A DNA stretch of 64,000 nucleotides from the human T2T-CHM13v2.0 reference genome, Homo sapiens (GCF_009914755.1 NC_060925.1), one strand, 5' to 3'. Shown: positions 43,745 through 58,889, numbered from the stretch's first letter. The notes: generated from the sequence alone by a model not told the origin. Program-made: numbers and translations.

Positions 43745-45752
43745 AATCTCTTCTCAGCAAAGTGAGACCAAGGCCTCAGTGAGATTTGGAGCCCACCTGA
43801 ATAAGCACTGAGCATGTTTATCCTGATGGGTCAGGGGACACTATTAGAAACCCGGGTGAACCCAAGTGCTACTGAAGGTTATTATGCCCAAACCTGCCCT
43901 GCCTTCACCTTCTTCAAGTCCTTGAGTAAAGAAAGTAACCAGGACAATAATTAGAAAATAGAAAGTTAAGTGACACTGATTTTTAACAGAAGCTTTGGCC
44001 CCAAACTCAGTGCTGAAAATTGAGCAGGCCTATGGGGAAGTCTCCTTACCTGGATGAGGTGAACCCCTCTGGTCAGAAACTAAGCAGGCCCCCATCTGAT
44101 TAGTTCAGCCCATGACCAAATGGAAATCCCAAACACTGGCAACACAGCCCCTCTGTACCTGGATAAACAGAGAAGGAGACCAAGGATGAAGGAGAGAGGC
44201 TGACCAGTGTCTTAAGAAGAGCAGGGATGGAGCCCAGACGGCAGTGGGGGAGAAAAAAAGGCCACAGCCATGGGCAGACCTTGGTCACCTCTGAAGTCTC
44301 TAGAAGCCCCTGGCCCAGAAAAGATCCCGCAGAACACCTCTCCTCTGAAGGAAAATAGAGGGGCCCCCAGATTCCCCCAGGGCCTCTAGGTGGGCCCAGT
44401 CCTCTGCAGCTGGCATGGGAGCTGCAGTACATGCTGCAGGCCCTGAGCCCTCCCACTTCATTTCTTGCTGTCCCTGTGTCTCTGCCCCAGCCAGGCCAGC
44501 CCCTTGCTGGCTACGGCAGGCAGTGAGACCTGGCTCTAAGGATTCACACAGACACTGTGCCTTGGGATCCAACCCAAATCCTTTAATCTGGTGTTTCAGG
44601 CCCAGGTCTCTCCTCCCTACAGCACCAGGCACAGTGCACCTCCATTCCATTCATCCACATCCCTGTCTTCCCATGCTCATTCCAAGCTCTGTTGCCTCCA
44701 AGAAGCCCGCCCTGCCTGCCCCAGTCCCCTCCCTCTTCTGAGCCCTCACCGTTCTTCCTCTCTGGTCCCTCATTTGATAAATCAGCTGTAAAATCTTTCA
44801 TCAGAGAACACCTTGTATTGCTCTGTCTTAACTTAGGATCCTGATTCCCCAGCTCTAGAGAAAGCCCGTTGAGCTCTTAATCTGGCCAAGCTTCAGTTTC
44901 CTCCTATGTAAAACAGAGACATTGACAACTAGATTTTTAGCACCCACTCTATTCCACTCCCAATATTAGGGGTTGTGGGGAATACAAGAAGGAAAATGCA
45001 CAGTCTCTGATCTCAAGGAGCCACTGGACACTCATAACAAGAACCCAAGGTGGTGTGCAGTAGAGGGACAAAGCAGAGACAAGCCTTGTGTGGTGAGGGT
45101 TCAGGGGAGGGAAAGATGCAGGCAGTTTTCTTGAAAGAGGTAGTATTTGAGTGGTCACGAGAGATGACTGGTCTCCAACAGGCAGATGTGGGATACAGAG
45201 GGGATTCAAGGTAGAAAGATAACATGAGCAAGAACACGGAGGAGGGAAATTTCAGGGCCTGTTTGGTAAAGTAGATATTTCCATTTGCCTGGAATCTATG
45301 GTACCAGTAGGCTGTAGAGGAAATACTGCCAAGTGATTTCAGCCTTTGGAGTAAAGCACCTTGAAAGGAAGGATGATAAACTTGCTCCTATTCTGTTGAG
45401 GGAAAGTTTTTGAAGAAGACCAAGTATAACATGACCAAAATATCTTCATAGAAAGATTAATCTGGCAGGCCGAGAAGAATGGATTAAAATGGGAAGAAAC
45501 TGGGACACAAATAGGTCACAATGAAATGCCATTTCACATTCACTAGATGGATCAAAATTAGGATGTCTAATAACACCAAGTGTTAGGGAAGATATGGAGC
45601 AGTGGAAATTCTCAGACACTGGTGGTGGGAGTATTAATTACTACGGCCATTTTGGAAAACGATTTGGCATTATCTTACATAGCCACACATTTGCATATGT
45701 TCTCTGCGACCCTATAACCCAGCAATTTCACCCCTAGACCAGTATTCTCCAG

Positions 45753-46222
45753 AGCAACAATTCTCAAATTGTGGTCCAGGGACTTGAAACTTTTTCAGGG
45801 GATCCATGAGGTCAAAACTATTTTCATAATATATTTGAAAAGTATTATTTGACTTTTTTACTCTTGTCTCACAGGTGCACAGTATTTTTCAGAGGATGCA
45901 TGATGGATGATATTGCAACAGATTGACCATGGATGCAGATACAAGAATTCAGCTGTCTTCTGTTAAGCCAGACATTAAAGAAATTTTCAAACACGTCAAC
46001 AACATCACTCTTTTCTATTTATTTTGTCTCAGAAAATAGTTATTTTTCATTTAAAGTGTGTGATTTATGTTAACATATAATGAGTTTCTTAATCATTTTA
46101 AAATGAATTAATAAATACATTTTTCTCAGCTTTAATTTCTAATATAGTGAATATATTTAGATATAACTCACATAAACAAAAGCTCTTTGGGATCCTGAGA
46201 CTAAAATGTTCGATAACCACTG
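45753..46222. mobile_element. Charlie1-like hAT DNA transposon fragment
   Basis: TTCTCAAATTGTGGTCC...GAGGTCAAAACTATTTTCATAAT...AAGCCAGACATTAAAGA...GATCCTGAGACTAAAATGTTCGATAACCACTG. Confidence 0.75.
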
Positions 46223-47054
46223 CCCCACACAAACTCCTGCACATTCTTCTGAGGCTGTGAACAAGGAGGCCTGTAACAGCACTCTCTTGGCTAAATATTT
46301 GTAGTAGCAAAAACTGAACACAACTCAAATGTCCACAGACAGGAGAATGGATAAAATAAATTGTATATTTATTTTGGTATATTATACAGCATTGTATATT
46401 ATAATGGTATATTATACAGCATCGAAAATAAATGAACTACAGCTTTAAAAAAATAGATAAATCTTAGAAAAATACATTGGTAAAAACAAGACAGGTCCAG
46501 AAGACAACAAATATTATATCAATTTTACAAAGCTCAAAAACAAACTAAGCTAAACATGTATACTTAAGAATACATACATATGTGATAAAGCTTTTTTTAA
46601 GCAAGAAAATAATAAATACACAATTCACCCTCTTGGATGGAGTCTGAGGATTCAGTTAAAGGAGGAGCACATACCTCTTGTTGATAATGTTCCAATTCTT
46701 CAGTTGGGTTGTGGCTGATAGGCAGCCATGTTACTATTATGCTTCATAATTACATAAATAATACATATACTCTTTCGTATGTACCAAATATGATCTTAAA
46801 AAGATAACCCCTAGTACCCAGACTGTGGCCTCTAAATACCATTTCCCAGTAAACAAACGCAAAGGTTCCTCAGAGAGGCAGATTGCAGTTCTGGGGCAGG
46901 AAATGTACAAAATGGTACATCTTGTCATTCTAGAAAGCAGGGAAGCTAGCAGAGACTACTGGGATAATAATCAAAAGGGCTCAGAAGCCAAGTTGAAGAG
47001 ATTTCCATTGGCCAAAAACAGGATAATTTGAGTGTCAATAAGGATAAAAACTGA

Positions 47055-48036
<982 letters not shown>

Positions 48037-48317
48037 AAGGATAAAAACTGAAATGGATTGAAACATATCTCATGTATTTAAACCCATATGAACTCATTAT
48101 GAGTTCATAATGATACAAAGTAATCTCATTGATTACCTTTGGATAATGCTAGAGAACAAATTCATTATTTTTAAAACTGAAAACAAATAGGGAGAATCAA
48201 GCATTTACCCTGCCTTCCCTGAATGAACAGTACTTCAGGCTAACCAAGTAGTTTATGAAAGGATGTTACCCTTTATAAAAGTCCAGCTAACAAACAAAAA
48301 AATGATAAACGATTACA

Positions 48318-48606
48318 GCTAAGTGCAGGGGCTCACACCTATAATCCCAGCACTTCGGGAGGCCAAGGTGGGCAGATCGCTTGAGCCCAGGAGTTCGAAA
48401 CCAGCCTGGGCAACATGGGGAAACCTCATCTCTACAAAAAATACAAAAAATTAGCTTGCCTTGGTGGTGCATGCCTGTAGTCTCAGCTACTCGGGAGATT
48501 GAGGTAGGAGGATCACGTGAGCTGGGAAGTCGAGGCTGCAGTGAGCCGTGATCATGCCACTGCATTGGCGCAAGACTGTCTCAAAATAAATAAATAAATA
48601 AATAAA
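48318..48606 (+). mobile_element. AluJ with (TAAA)n tail
   Basis: GATCGCTTGAGCCCAGGAGTTCG and GAGGCTGCAGTGAGCCGTGATC diagnostics. Confidence 0.92.
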
Positions 48607-50344
48607 TATTACTAATATGCAAATTCTGAAGAAATAATGGATCTAGTCAGTAATCATCAACGGCTGCTAATAACAAAAAGAGAGATGACAATTAGGCAGT
48701 TTGTGCTCCTTGGTAAAAGTTTGCAGCACCACCTCCAAGGCGTTCTTGCCAAAAATCAAATCTGAATCTGATGAGACCTCTAGATGCAACTAGTGATATA
48801 CAGGAAACTCAGGGAACAGATGAACACATTAAACACCACCATGGGATTCATTCAGCAAAATCCAAATGTGGAAAATGGATAAACAACCCAGTTTCTTCAA
48901 TAAATACACAGCTGAGGAAAAATAAGAAGAGGGATGAGCATATACATTAAAAACAAATAAAGACACTATGAGCCAATTGCAACATATGAAATTATTGGGA
49001 TCCTGAATCAAACAAATTGTAAAACAATAAAATAAAATTATAAGTTAACCTAGGAAGTTTAAACACTATATATTTCATAATATTAGGGAATTTTTTATTA
49101 TTTTTAGGTATGGTAATGATATTATAATTATATATTTTAATGCATCATTATATTGATAGATGTGATGATATGCTGTTTGGGTTTTGTTTCAAAACAACCT
49201 GGAGGCAGGTTAGGATGAGAATAGTGAGCAGCAGCAGGTGAAACAAGATTGGCCACGGGCTGATAACTGTTGAAACTCGCTGACAGGTACATTGGGTTCA
49301 TCATGTTATTCTCTCTATTGTTGTATAAGTTTGAATTTTCCATAATAAAACATTTTTTAGAGAGCAGAGACAAAATAAAAATATTTCCAAACAACAACAA
49401 AAGAGAGATAATGAAGAAGTCGCAATTGTTCAGATGGAGGCCAGTGATGCCATGAAGACAGAGCAGAAGCAGCCTGGAAATGCTGATTCTGAAATGCCAC
49501 ACACCGTTGTTTAAATATCCAACCAGAAATCAGTGTGTCTTGGAAAGATCATCTCTGGGTCAGTAAAGAAAAACATCAAAACTAAACAAACAAACAAGTT
49601 CCGACACTGCCATGGAGATCCTTTCCTTATGCTTTTTATCCTGGAAAGTGGTTGCTTATCTCTCCCTTGTGTTTCCTGTCCATAAGCCAGATCTGCTTCT
49701 GTGACAGTTTCCCCAGTCCCATGGTGACTCAAATGTGATGCAGCAGTCGATACCTTGGAAACCACTGGAAAAGGGAGGAGACCCTGATGGGGGTCCCAGA
49801 ATGCTTCTCAGATTAAACGACTTCACTTCTCCTGCCAGAGAGTAACTGAAGCCTACAGAGCTGAGGTCACTCACTAGTGCCCAGTAGAGCCACCTGAGAA
49901 AGCAGGGAATGGAGAGTCAGTCAGAGGACCCTGCAGCTGAGCCCAGCCCTGCACTCCCTGGGCAAGTGACCCTAGAAAGCCTTTGATTCCTCATTTGTAA
50001 GGTGGGGCCTGCAGTCACACATGCATCACACAGCAACATGCAAGCACACATGGCATGCAAACTCCTGAGCACGTTACAATTCCTGGATGGTGGTTATTTA
50101 TTATTTAGACAATTCAAGCCTGGTGCCTCCTACCCAGGGCCATTCTACAGTGCCATCACCAACAACAGACATGACCTGAGCATCTACTCAATACCAAACA
50201 TGAGTCTTCTCTCCTTTCTTTCCTGGTCTTGTGTGAGACACTATCATAGTCTTCTCCTTGCTAATGAATCCTGCCCCAAAATAGCCTGGGAACTGAGTCT
50301 CCACTACCCGAAGAGGTGCCAGGATGAGCACAGACCATGGCCTC

Positions 50345-50762
50345 TGCCTTATATTGGGCTTCCTAGAGACAGACTCTGGAACTAAGAGTTGTGTGCAGAA
50401 GGCTCATTGGAGAGTGCTCTTTGGAGTCGCACCTGCAGCTGGGCATGGGGCCAAGCTGACTCATAATGAATTACAACATCTCAGTCTATCCTCTATGGAA
50501 CTTTGGAGCTAGGGTGGCCCCTCAGAATTGTCTCAAGTTGGGGAAAGAGGGTTGGGCTTTTATATCCCTGCCTCAGCCAATCATGGTCACAGCCACCCCT
50601 GAAGGGAAGAGTATGCTAGAGTGAGGCAGTTCCCATAGCCAATGGCAATTTCCAGTGGGCTGCCACAGGACTAGCCAGCAACCAAAATCCCCAGCAGGTG
50701 GCGGTTGCTGTGTCGACCCTGGAGAGGGGATCTAGACAGAAACACCACAGTATCCACTACAA
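50345..50762. mobile_element. LTR16-like (ERVL) LTR relic
   Basis: CAGACTCTG...TGTGCAGAAGGCTCATTGGAGAGTGCTCT...GAGCTAGGGTGGCCCCTCAGAATTGTC...CACCACAGTATCCACTACA. Confidence 0.65.
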
Positions 50763-51344
50763 CCTCAGAGAGACCTGAGTTTCAAACTTGCTTCTGTCAG
50801 TTACAGCTTTGTCACCTTTGTGGAGATCTGCTGCTTACTGGATATTGGGAGTCTTAAATAAAAAAGACTGGATAGAATTGTCTGGATAAAAATGAATTGG
50901 ATAAAAATTGAACTTTAAGGCTTAACTTCTTGCCTTCTCTATACTCTCTCCCCTTAAAATGACAGGAAAAGAGAAGATATAAACCCATAAGGACAGGAAG
51001 AAAGGAAGAGGAGTCATTTATGGATGAGAGAGTTCAACAAATTTCTATAAGATTAAAGGGAGATGGAGGTGTGAGTGGTAGAAGCCACAACACAACCTAA
51101 GCTTTCATGATCCACCAACACTGGGTGAGCATTCTCAGGGGAGCCACACTCGCCAGTCTCTCTACAAACATTATGGGCTGAAAACCTCGTCAGGTAGGCT
51201 GTTCCTTCCAATGCCCGAATACATCTCTTCCAGTTAATCTGTCTGCTTTCCCAGAAACAATTGCTTATTCCCAAACTTGTTTATGCCAGTGGCACTTGCT
51301 TTTGTAATTATGTGATTCCATTTAATATTAATAAGCCAATAAAA

Positions 51345-51655
51345 TATGGTTGTAAAAAGGGAGTTGTTTTATGAAAAACTATGTTGGACACTTTGAAAGA
51401 CTCAATGAAAGCAGACTGCCATTTAAGAAAAAATGTTTATCAGAGTTACAGACAAGCAGTTGTAATAGACTTGGAGGAAATCACATAAATCTAGAAGGAA
51501 TCTGTACTCAGATTGTTCCATAAGCGCCTTTTAAGTTTTAGTTGCACAATAAAGGTGAACCTGGAAACGGTAGACAATGTTTTATGCATTGGGATTTGTG
51601 CAAGAAAGACCTTATAGAATTCCAACTAACAGGTCCATACTCAAAGAAAATGGAA
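51345..51655 (+). mobile_element. Degenerate Tigger-family transposase fragment (CENP-B-type HTH region)
   Basis: Frameshifted remnants read VDN.L..W/FVQER and LTGP(I)LKEK, resembling pogo/Tigger DNA-binding domain motifs. Confidence 0.5.
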
Positions 51656-52399
51656 TAGACATCAGTATGTTTTCAGTCAAAATAAAATAAAATCATTTTT
51701 AATGATTTATTGCTTGAAACAATTTTTTTTGATTAGTCAACTGGTTTCTACTGAGTTAGATAAGACCTGCAGAAGATGTACCAATGAGAAGAAAGGCAAC
51801 TGCCTGTAGAGGGGGAAAAGGGCATGAGATTTGAAGGCCAGAAAGGGCTGAAAACAGCAGGATTAACTGAGAATCTGCTTAGGGAACAGCCAGATCCCCC
51901 TGCCCCAGCCGTCTTCCCACTCTATAAAAAACATGGCAGTGACTCCAGACCTATCACTATATGCCAGGTTAAAAACTTTACATAAATAAACTCAACAACC
52001 CATGCAGTACTATTCTTATTAGGCCTAATTTACAGATAGGAAACAGGCAGAGAAAGATTAAGTGACTTGTCCATGGTCATATAGCTAGAAAGTGGCAGAG
52101 TTGAGATTCAAACCCAAGTGATCTGACTCCAGAATCCATCCTCTTCACCACATCCATCCTACCTTACTGAAGAAACAGGGCAGTCCCAAAGAAAAGAACT
52201 CCCCTTTTTTGATATTTATGTGTCCCCCCCACAAAACAAAAGGCCAAGTCCTGTCTGGTCCACCCAGAGGGAAATCAGCCCCATCTGCCTTCACAGACAT
52301 CCAATGCCAGTCAACTTCTTGGACACTTATCCTTAACTATGGACAAAAGCCAAGGACCAGTAAAGATTAAAGAAGCCTCCATCCAACAGGAGGAGAGAT

Positions 52400-53160
52400 G
52401 CAGAACCACAGAGAGACCACAATAAAGCAACCAAACAAAAGAGGGAAGCTGGAGGAGACAGAGATAAGTCAGCAAACCGGAGGGAAAAAAATCACTATTG
52501 ATATCCTCAGAGAGATAAATACAGAGGCTGTATCTATGTTGTGGGGTGGGGGGAAGGAAGAACAGAGAATGAACAAGTATGATAGCTGAAATTAAAAATT
52601 CAGTAGAATGGTTGGGACATATATATAACGAAATAGCCTAGAGAGTAGAAGAGAAAGACAAGCAGAAGGGAAATACAGAAAAGTGAAAAGACACAGGAAA
52701 AGCAGGGCTGGAGGCCCAAGCTCCAACTCGCAGGAGTTGTGGAGAGCAAGCAGACAGAAGACTACTAAGGAAAAATAAAGTTTCACAGGACTAAAAGACA
52801 AGTTTCCACATTGAAAAGGGCCACCCAGAGCCTAGCACAACGAATGATAAAAGCCACCACGTGACAAGTTTTGTGAAATTCCAGAATTCCAAAGATTAAA
52901 AAAAAATCCTCAAAAACAGCCAGAGAGAAAGAAAAGCTGCACATAAGGAACATGAATCAGAAGGCATGAAGCTTCTCAAGGGTCACTCTAGGTGTTCGAG
53001 ACAGTGCAAGGCACCCATGTATAAAGGAGAATGATTTCCAACCCAGAATTCTATGCTTAGCTGAATTATTGATCAAGTGCAAGGGCAGAATACGGAAAAG
53101 TCCACATGGATGAAAATTCCCCCACCCCTGCCCAATTTCTTAGGAAGCAATTAAAGTTTT
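52400..53160 (+). mobile_element. Old L1M ORF1-region relic
   Basis: CAAGTTTCCACATTGAAAAGGGCC...GTGAAATTCCAGAA...GATTTCCAACCCAGAATTCTATGC. Confidence 0.6.
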
Positions 53161-54105
53161 CAAAAGAAGGGAGCAAACCAATAGAGACAGAGGACCATGA
53201 AATGATCCTGGAGAGACACCCTTGGACCAGAGGGTTCCTGCAGACAGCTGGGTAGTGCAGTTTGGGAGGGAGCATTCCTCAAGGCAGAATACCGAACATG
53301 ACAGAGGAGGTTTTGTCGGGAAGCTATAGGATGAGAAGCCGTGGCAGTTTTGATACAGGTTTTGGGAAAACTAACAGCTACATTTTCTTAAAAGGAATGC
53401 TGATCACTGAATTACCTAAAAATAGTGCTTCAGATATACCGGGCATGCGCATGGGGCTGGAAGACAGCTAATTCCTTATTTATTCTAACAGGGAGACAAC
53501 AGATAAAGTCTAGCGTTGGTAAATTAAGAAATCGCAGCATGAGCATATTATTTTGAAGTATGAGGGTAAATGCCAGAAAATACAGGTAAAAGTGGCTAAA
53601 GTGGTTGCCATCAGAGTGCAGAACTGGGAGGATGGATTGGGTGAGGCAGGAGATGGCTGTTTTTCCATAAAGAAGAAGCCTTTCCATTTGCATCCAGCCC
53701 GGGCCTCAGATTTCCTGAAGCACTTTCACATACAATATGAATTGGTTTCCTCAAGAACCCCCCATTACAGAGACAGGAAGCAGAGGCCCGGACAGAACAG
53801 TGACCGCTCAAGGTCACGCAGCAAAGCCTGGGCCCCCAGCGCTGGTTTGGTAGACCCCATCCCCACCCCGCCACCCCGTCACCCCACACCCAGAACCACA
53901 CCCAGAACCAGAAACCAGCTAAAGGCCAGCTGGGGCGCCAGACGACTCGCCCTGCCCCGTCGACGCCCCAGACGGTGTTGCCGACCTCCGCCCCGCAGCG
54001 CTGGTGTGGGCGCGGCCGGACCTCACTCAGCCTGCACTGCCCCGCGCCGCTCGCCGCGTCCACACTGTCCTTGGGAGGACGCGCGGGGAAGCCGCGCACG
54101 ATGCG

Positions 54106-54122
54106 GCAGCGCCCCCTGCCGG
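54106..54122 (-). promoter_or_regulatory. CTCF core motif
   Basis: Minus strand reads CCGGCAGGGGGCGCTGC, close to consensus CCASYAGRKGGCRS. Confidence 0.7.
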
Positions 54123-54685
54123 GCTCCGGACGCTCCGCTCCCAGCCGGCTCGGCGAGTGCTCCGGGAAAGGGGTCCGGACCCCACACGCACTGGGTTCCA
54201 GGACAGGCTCTCGCTCGGGCTGGGCCGACTCTGGCCCGCCTAGGCCCCGGGCACGCTGCAGTGAAGGCGGTACCCTCACCACAGTCACAGAACGTGTCGG
54301 CTGCCCGCGCGTCCTCCCAAGGACAGTGGACGGGAGCTGGGGCTGGAGAGGGTAACGACCTGCCCAAGGTCACACAGCACCGCAGTGGCACAGCCAGGAC
54401 TGGCACCCACACCTCCCGCGGAACCTTGCAGGGGCCCAAACTACCTGGGTTCTAGAGCTCCTTGAACTGGCCTCTTGGGCTTTAGGGAAGAGCTGGGGAC
54501 GAGGGAATGGGGTGGGGCCACACCACATTAGCACGGACCCTTGGGTGACTTGGGCGGGAAGTGCCCCGTCTCGGGGCGTCAGGGCCGCCTGCGCGCGCGT
54601 GACCTCCAAGGGTCCTTCTGGCGCTCCTCCGGCGCTGCGTGCGGCGCTGGGCTGCGGCTCACCCGACACACCGGCGGCAGCCGCG

Positions 54686-54701
54686 GCTGCCCCCTACTGG
54701 C
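54686..54701 (-). promoter_or_regulatory. CTCF core motif
   Basis: Minus strand reads GCCAGTAGGGGGCAGC. Confidence 0.7.
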
Positions 54702-57700
54702 GGAAGGAAGAGTCGCCGCTCCGGGGCCCTTGGCGGCCGCCGCTCTTCGCGCCTCCTTGGCCTGGCTGCCACCCTTCCACCCTCGGGGGAGACCCCGCGC
54801 TCTGTGCTCACTCGGGGAAGAGAGGCTCAATCACGGCCTGGACCAGCACTAGGGACCTAAATGCTCTTCTCAGTGTGCGTGAAGCCAGGTCCTCAAATCC
54901 GCCTTCAGTAAGAGCAGCACAGGGTCGTGGTTAAGAGCATGGACTGCAGAGCCCGACTGCATGAGTCCTGGCTCTGCCTCTCCTCAGCTGTGTTACCTTA
55001 GGCAAGTTACCAAAACTCTGTGTGTCTCAATTTTTGCTACCACAAAATGAAAATAGTACCTAATACATAGACATTGTATGTATGTGAACGCTTAATTTAA
55101 CTGCATAGCAACCCTATGACGTTGATACAGTTATTCCCATTGAATGATGAGCCACAGACAGGTCAAGTAACAACCAAGTTTCCGCAGGAAATAAGTGGTG
55201 GAGTTAGAATAAAAATCCAAGTAATCTGGCTCCAGGATCCCTGCTTTTATACACCATGCTAGACCCGGATGGTAATAGAACCCACATTTTAGGGTTGTCC
55301 TGAGGGTTCTATGAGCTGACGGATGTAAAGTGTTTAGAATGGTGACTGGCACACAGTAGGCAGGAGGTAAGTGTTCACTGAGCACCTACTGTGTGGCAGC
55401 ACTGTACTAGGCACCTGGGATACAGCAGTGAGCAGGCTGATCCAGCCACACCCTAGTGAAGCTGCCAGCCTAGAGAGGCAGACATTGAACAAGCCTGACA
55501 AACATTTAGGGTGCCCTGAGATTGAGGATCCCAGGTCAGAGGGTGGCCCAGACCCATACCCAGCCACTGACAGAGGGCCAACCTCAGGGAAGAATCCAGT
55601 ACAGAAATCTCAGAGTAGGAGACAAATACCCCAAGCTGAGAAAGGCACTCAGAGGAGGTGCCTTCTGACTTGAGCCTTGAGAGCTAAGGTCTTTGCCAGG
55701 CAGAGGTGAGATGGGATAAGGCCCCTCCTCTTGCAGCCATTCACTCTGCCCCCACCTGGAAGTCCTCAAGTCCCCCCTTCTAAGGCAGGAATCTCTGGCG
55801 AGCTGGTTTGGATCCACAAGACAAATTATCTTGGTTTAAAGAACCACTCCCAAAGCCCACAGAGAATATTTTTCCAGGTGGGGGAGAGGTGTGATGAGGG
55901 GAGCATGAGGCCCCAGAGAGATTAACTCTAAATGGGCCACCTCAGGAGGCAGAGAACTCATCCCCATCAAGGTGGACAAGAGGCTGGAAAGCCACCTGCA
56001 GGTGTCTTGTGGGGGCCTCCCTGGGCAGCCAGAGCAGTGGAACAAGCTAACTTCACTGGTTCCTCTCTGTGACAAATCAGATTGCCCTTTCAAAATGTCC
56101 TTGTTGATGCCCCTCGGAGGGCTGCGTGGATCTCAGCCGCTCTTCCCCCGTGCCAGCCAGTTTAATCAGATGGCTTTCCTCCAGACTCCTGACTGTAGCC
56201 TGAGCTTGCCAGAGAAGGGAGATGTTAATCAGGTAAGGATGGATTCTAGGAAAACAAACAGGAGAACTTTGGTGGGCTGGACAAGCAGCAGACATTTGTT
56301 GAGCCCTTCTTTTGTGGCAGATCCCTTACTAGATGCTTTACATTTACGATTTTATTCTTAATCCCCAGAGCAGCTGTGTGAGGCAGAAGTAGTATTTATT
56401 ATTCCCCATTGTCTATGTGATTGAACCAAGACTCCGGAAGCGGCAGAACTTACCCAAGGTCACAGGGCTGGCGAGCAGCAGAGGCAAGATTTGAAACCAA
56501 GTCTGGGTAACATTAGAATGGGAATCTTTTCCACCACATTCCAGTGTTTCCTTAGAGGAGCCTGATGCAGGGTAGAAGCGATGGGGGAGCAGAGGGTTGG
56601 GGAGAAAAAGATGGAGGAGGGGTTTTTGCCAGGCAGGCAAAGACAAAGAAATGCAGGTTGGAAGGAGACAATGTCTCAGCCAAGGTCTTCATTTTCTCCC
56701 TAGGCCACATAAAATCAGCTGGGCCGAGGCCTCCTCCCTCTGCAGGGTATTTTTAAAACCACCCACCTCTAAATTTCTTCTGTTCCTGTGCTTTAAAGTT
56801 CCTCTAAAAAGTTGGAATAAATTTGCCTGTCTTTTCTCCCAGACAAATGCAGAGGAGGAAAACAAAAAGAACACGTATTTTATGAACGCAAATTTGGGAC
56901 AGTGACACCTCCAATCATTATTTTATGGCATGATGATATACAGTAATTAGGTGTCAAGAGTAATCTATGGCCACAAGAACAGAGTCATCTCTGCGAAAAA
57001 AAATGCTCTTTCCTCCCAGAAGGAAATCTGAGTGTGGAGAGGGAGGGGGCGGGAACTGAAGCCTGCAGAAGGCAACGCACAGCTGCCTACTGGGCATGAG
57101 GCGAGGAGGCCCAGCAGCTGGGATGGTGCTCCTGGGGGGCGGGAGGAAGGGCCCTTTCCTGGGGGTCAGGAGGAGGCCTAGATATGAGTCTCACCTCCTG
57201 GCTCTGACACCCCTTTCCTGTAACCTTGGACAGAACTCATTCCCTCTCTGGAAGACATTTCCTTTAATTGCCAGGACCTGGAGCCCTCCTGGAAGGTTTC
57301 CTGAGAAGTGGAGCTGGAGTTGGGCCCCAAGAGATGGGAGGATGTGGATGGGCATGCAGAAGCAAGAAAGGCCTTCTGGGCTAAGAAGCTGGCCCAGGAA
57401 AAGGTATGGAAGAGGGAAATCTGCCTTGAGGACCCACTTATGGGGAGAATTGTTTTTAAGACAGCATCATTCACGACAGCTGCCAATTTATTCTTTTATT
57501 TCTCTGAGATAAAATGCTGAGTTTTCACCTTTGTTTTCTTTCAAAAACACTACCTGAAAGGGCACTTTGTATCTGATGAACTGGGCTCAATTTATCTCTA
57601 CCACTTCCTCAAGCAAGTAACTTAGCCTTTCAGCCTCCGAAAGAGGTATAATTTTATCTGAGGCTATTGTGAGAATTACATGAAATAATATAACCAATTC

Positions 57701-58391
57701 CTAGGCCAGGGCCTGGAATGATCCTCTCCCAGACCTTCACATGGCTGGCTTCTCCGTGTCACCCTTCAAACCTTAGATGAGTCAAAGGTTTCTCAGGGAA
57801 GGCTTCTCTGACCACCCAGCCTGGAGGAGGTGTTCCAGTTCCTTCCATCTCAGCATCCCCTTCACCTCCAGGGTAATATTACAAACGAAAGTCAACCTGT
57901 TCATCCATTCAGCTGCCTGCTGTCTGTCTGCCCCACAAGAATATAAGCTCCATGAGGGCCCTCTGTCTTGTTTGCAACTAGAGTGCCCCCTAGCACATGA
58001 TAGGTGTTCAGTTAAATTCTTATGAAGTAAATGAATAAATATGGAACACAGTAGGTTTCAATAAATGTTAGCTTTGTTCCTTACCCTGCCTCACCCTGTC
58101 ATTTTTACCTTTCTCCTTTAGCCAGGATTCCATTGGAGTGAAGCAGAGAAGCCCAGACCGTATGGCCTGTCTTACAGTTCTCTAAGACTTGACATCTTCA
58201 GCCTGTACTGTCTCAGGTTAAACTGAGGCATCTAGAGAGGGTCAGTATCTTGCCCAAGGTTACACAGCTCATAAGTGACAAAGCTGGAACTGACACTGTA
58301 GCAGCAAGTCCAGCTACAGAGTTTATGCTTTCAAGCACTATACCATATGCCTCTCCTAACTAACACTATTAGGGGTCCAAAACAGCTCTAA

Positions 58392-58719
<328 letters not shown>

Positions 58720-58889
58720 ATATTTTTTATTTTTAAGTGATCACTATTCTCCATTATCTTTTCTTTTATGGTTGGGAGAAACTGAGGCTCAGAAAGTTTA
58801 TGAATCTTGCTCAAAGTCACCAACAAGTCAGTGGCAAACCTAGCCTCGAACGAAGGTGGACTTTACTCCAAACTTATCAGTATATTTTT

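Larger units (their letters stand above)
53930..54850. promoter_or_regulatory. CpG island (candidate promoter or insulator)
   Basis: Abrupt GC-rich, CpG-dense block in otherwise CpG-depleted DNA; GC box CTCCGCCCC near 53986; two CTCF motifs. Confidence 0.9.

Noticed and set aside
53553-54934. Long overlapping ORFs (300, 225, 140 and 138 aa) on both strands
   Set aside because: Pro/Arg/Ala/Gly-rich, with no recognisable domain; expected from stop-codon scarcity in a GC-rich CpG island.
55361-56240. Strong donor words GAG|GTAAGT (55367) and CAG|GTAAGG (56233)
   Set aside because: No convincing paired acceptor; the first lies in MIR/L2 sequence.
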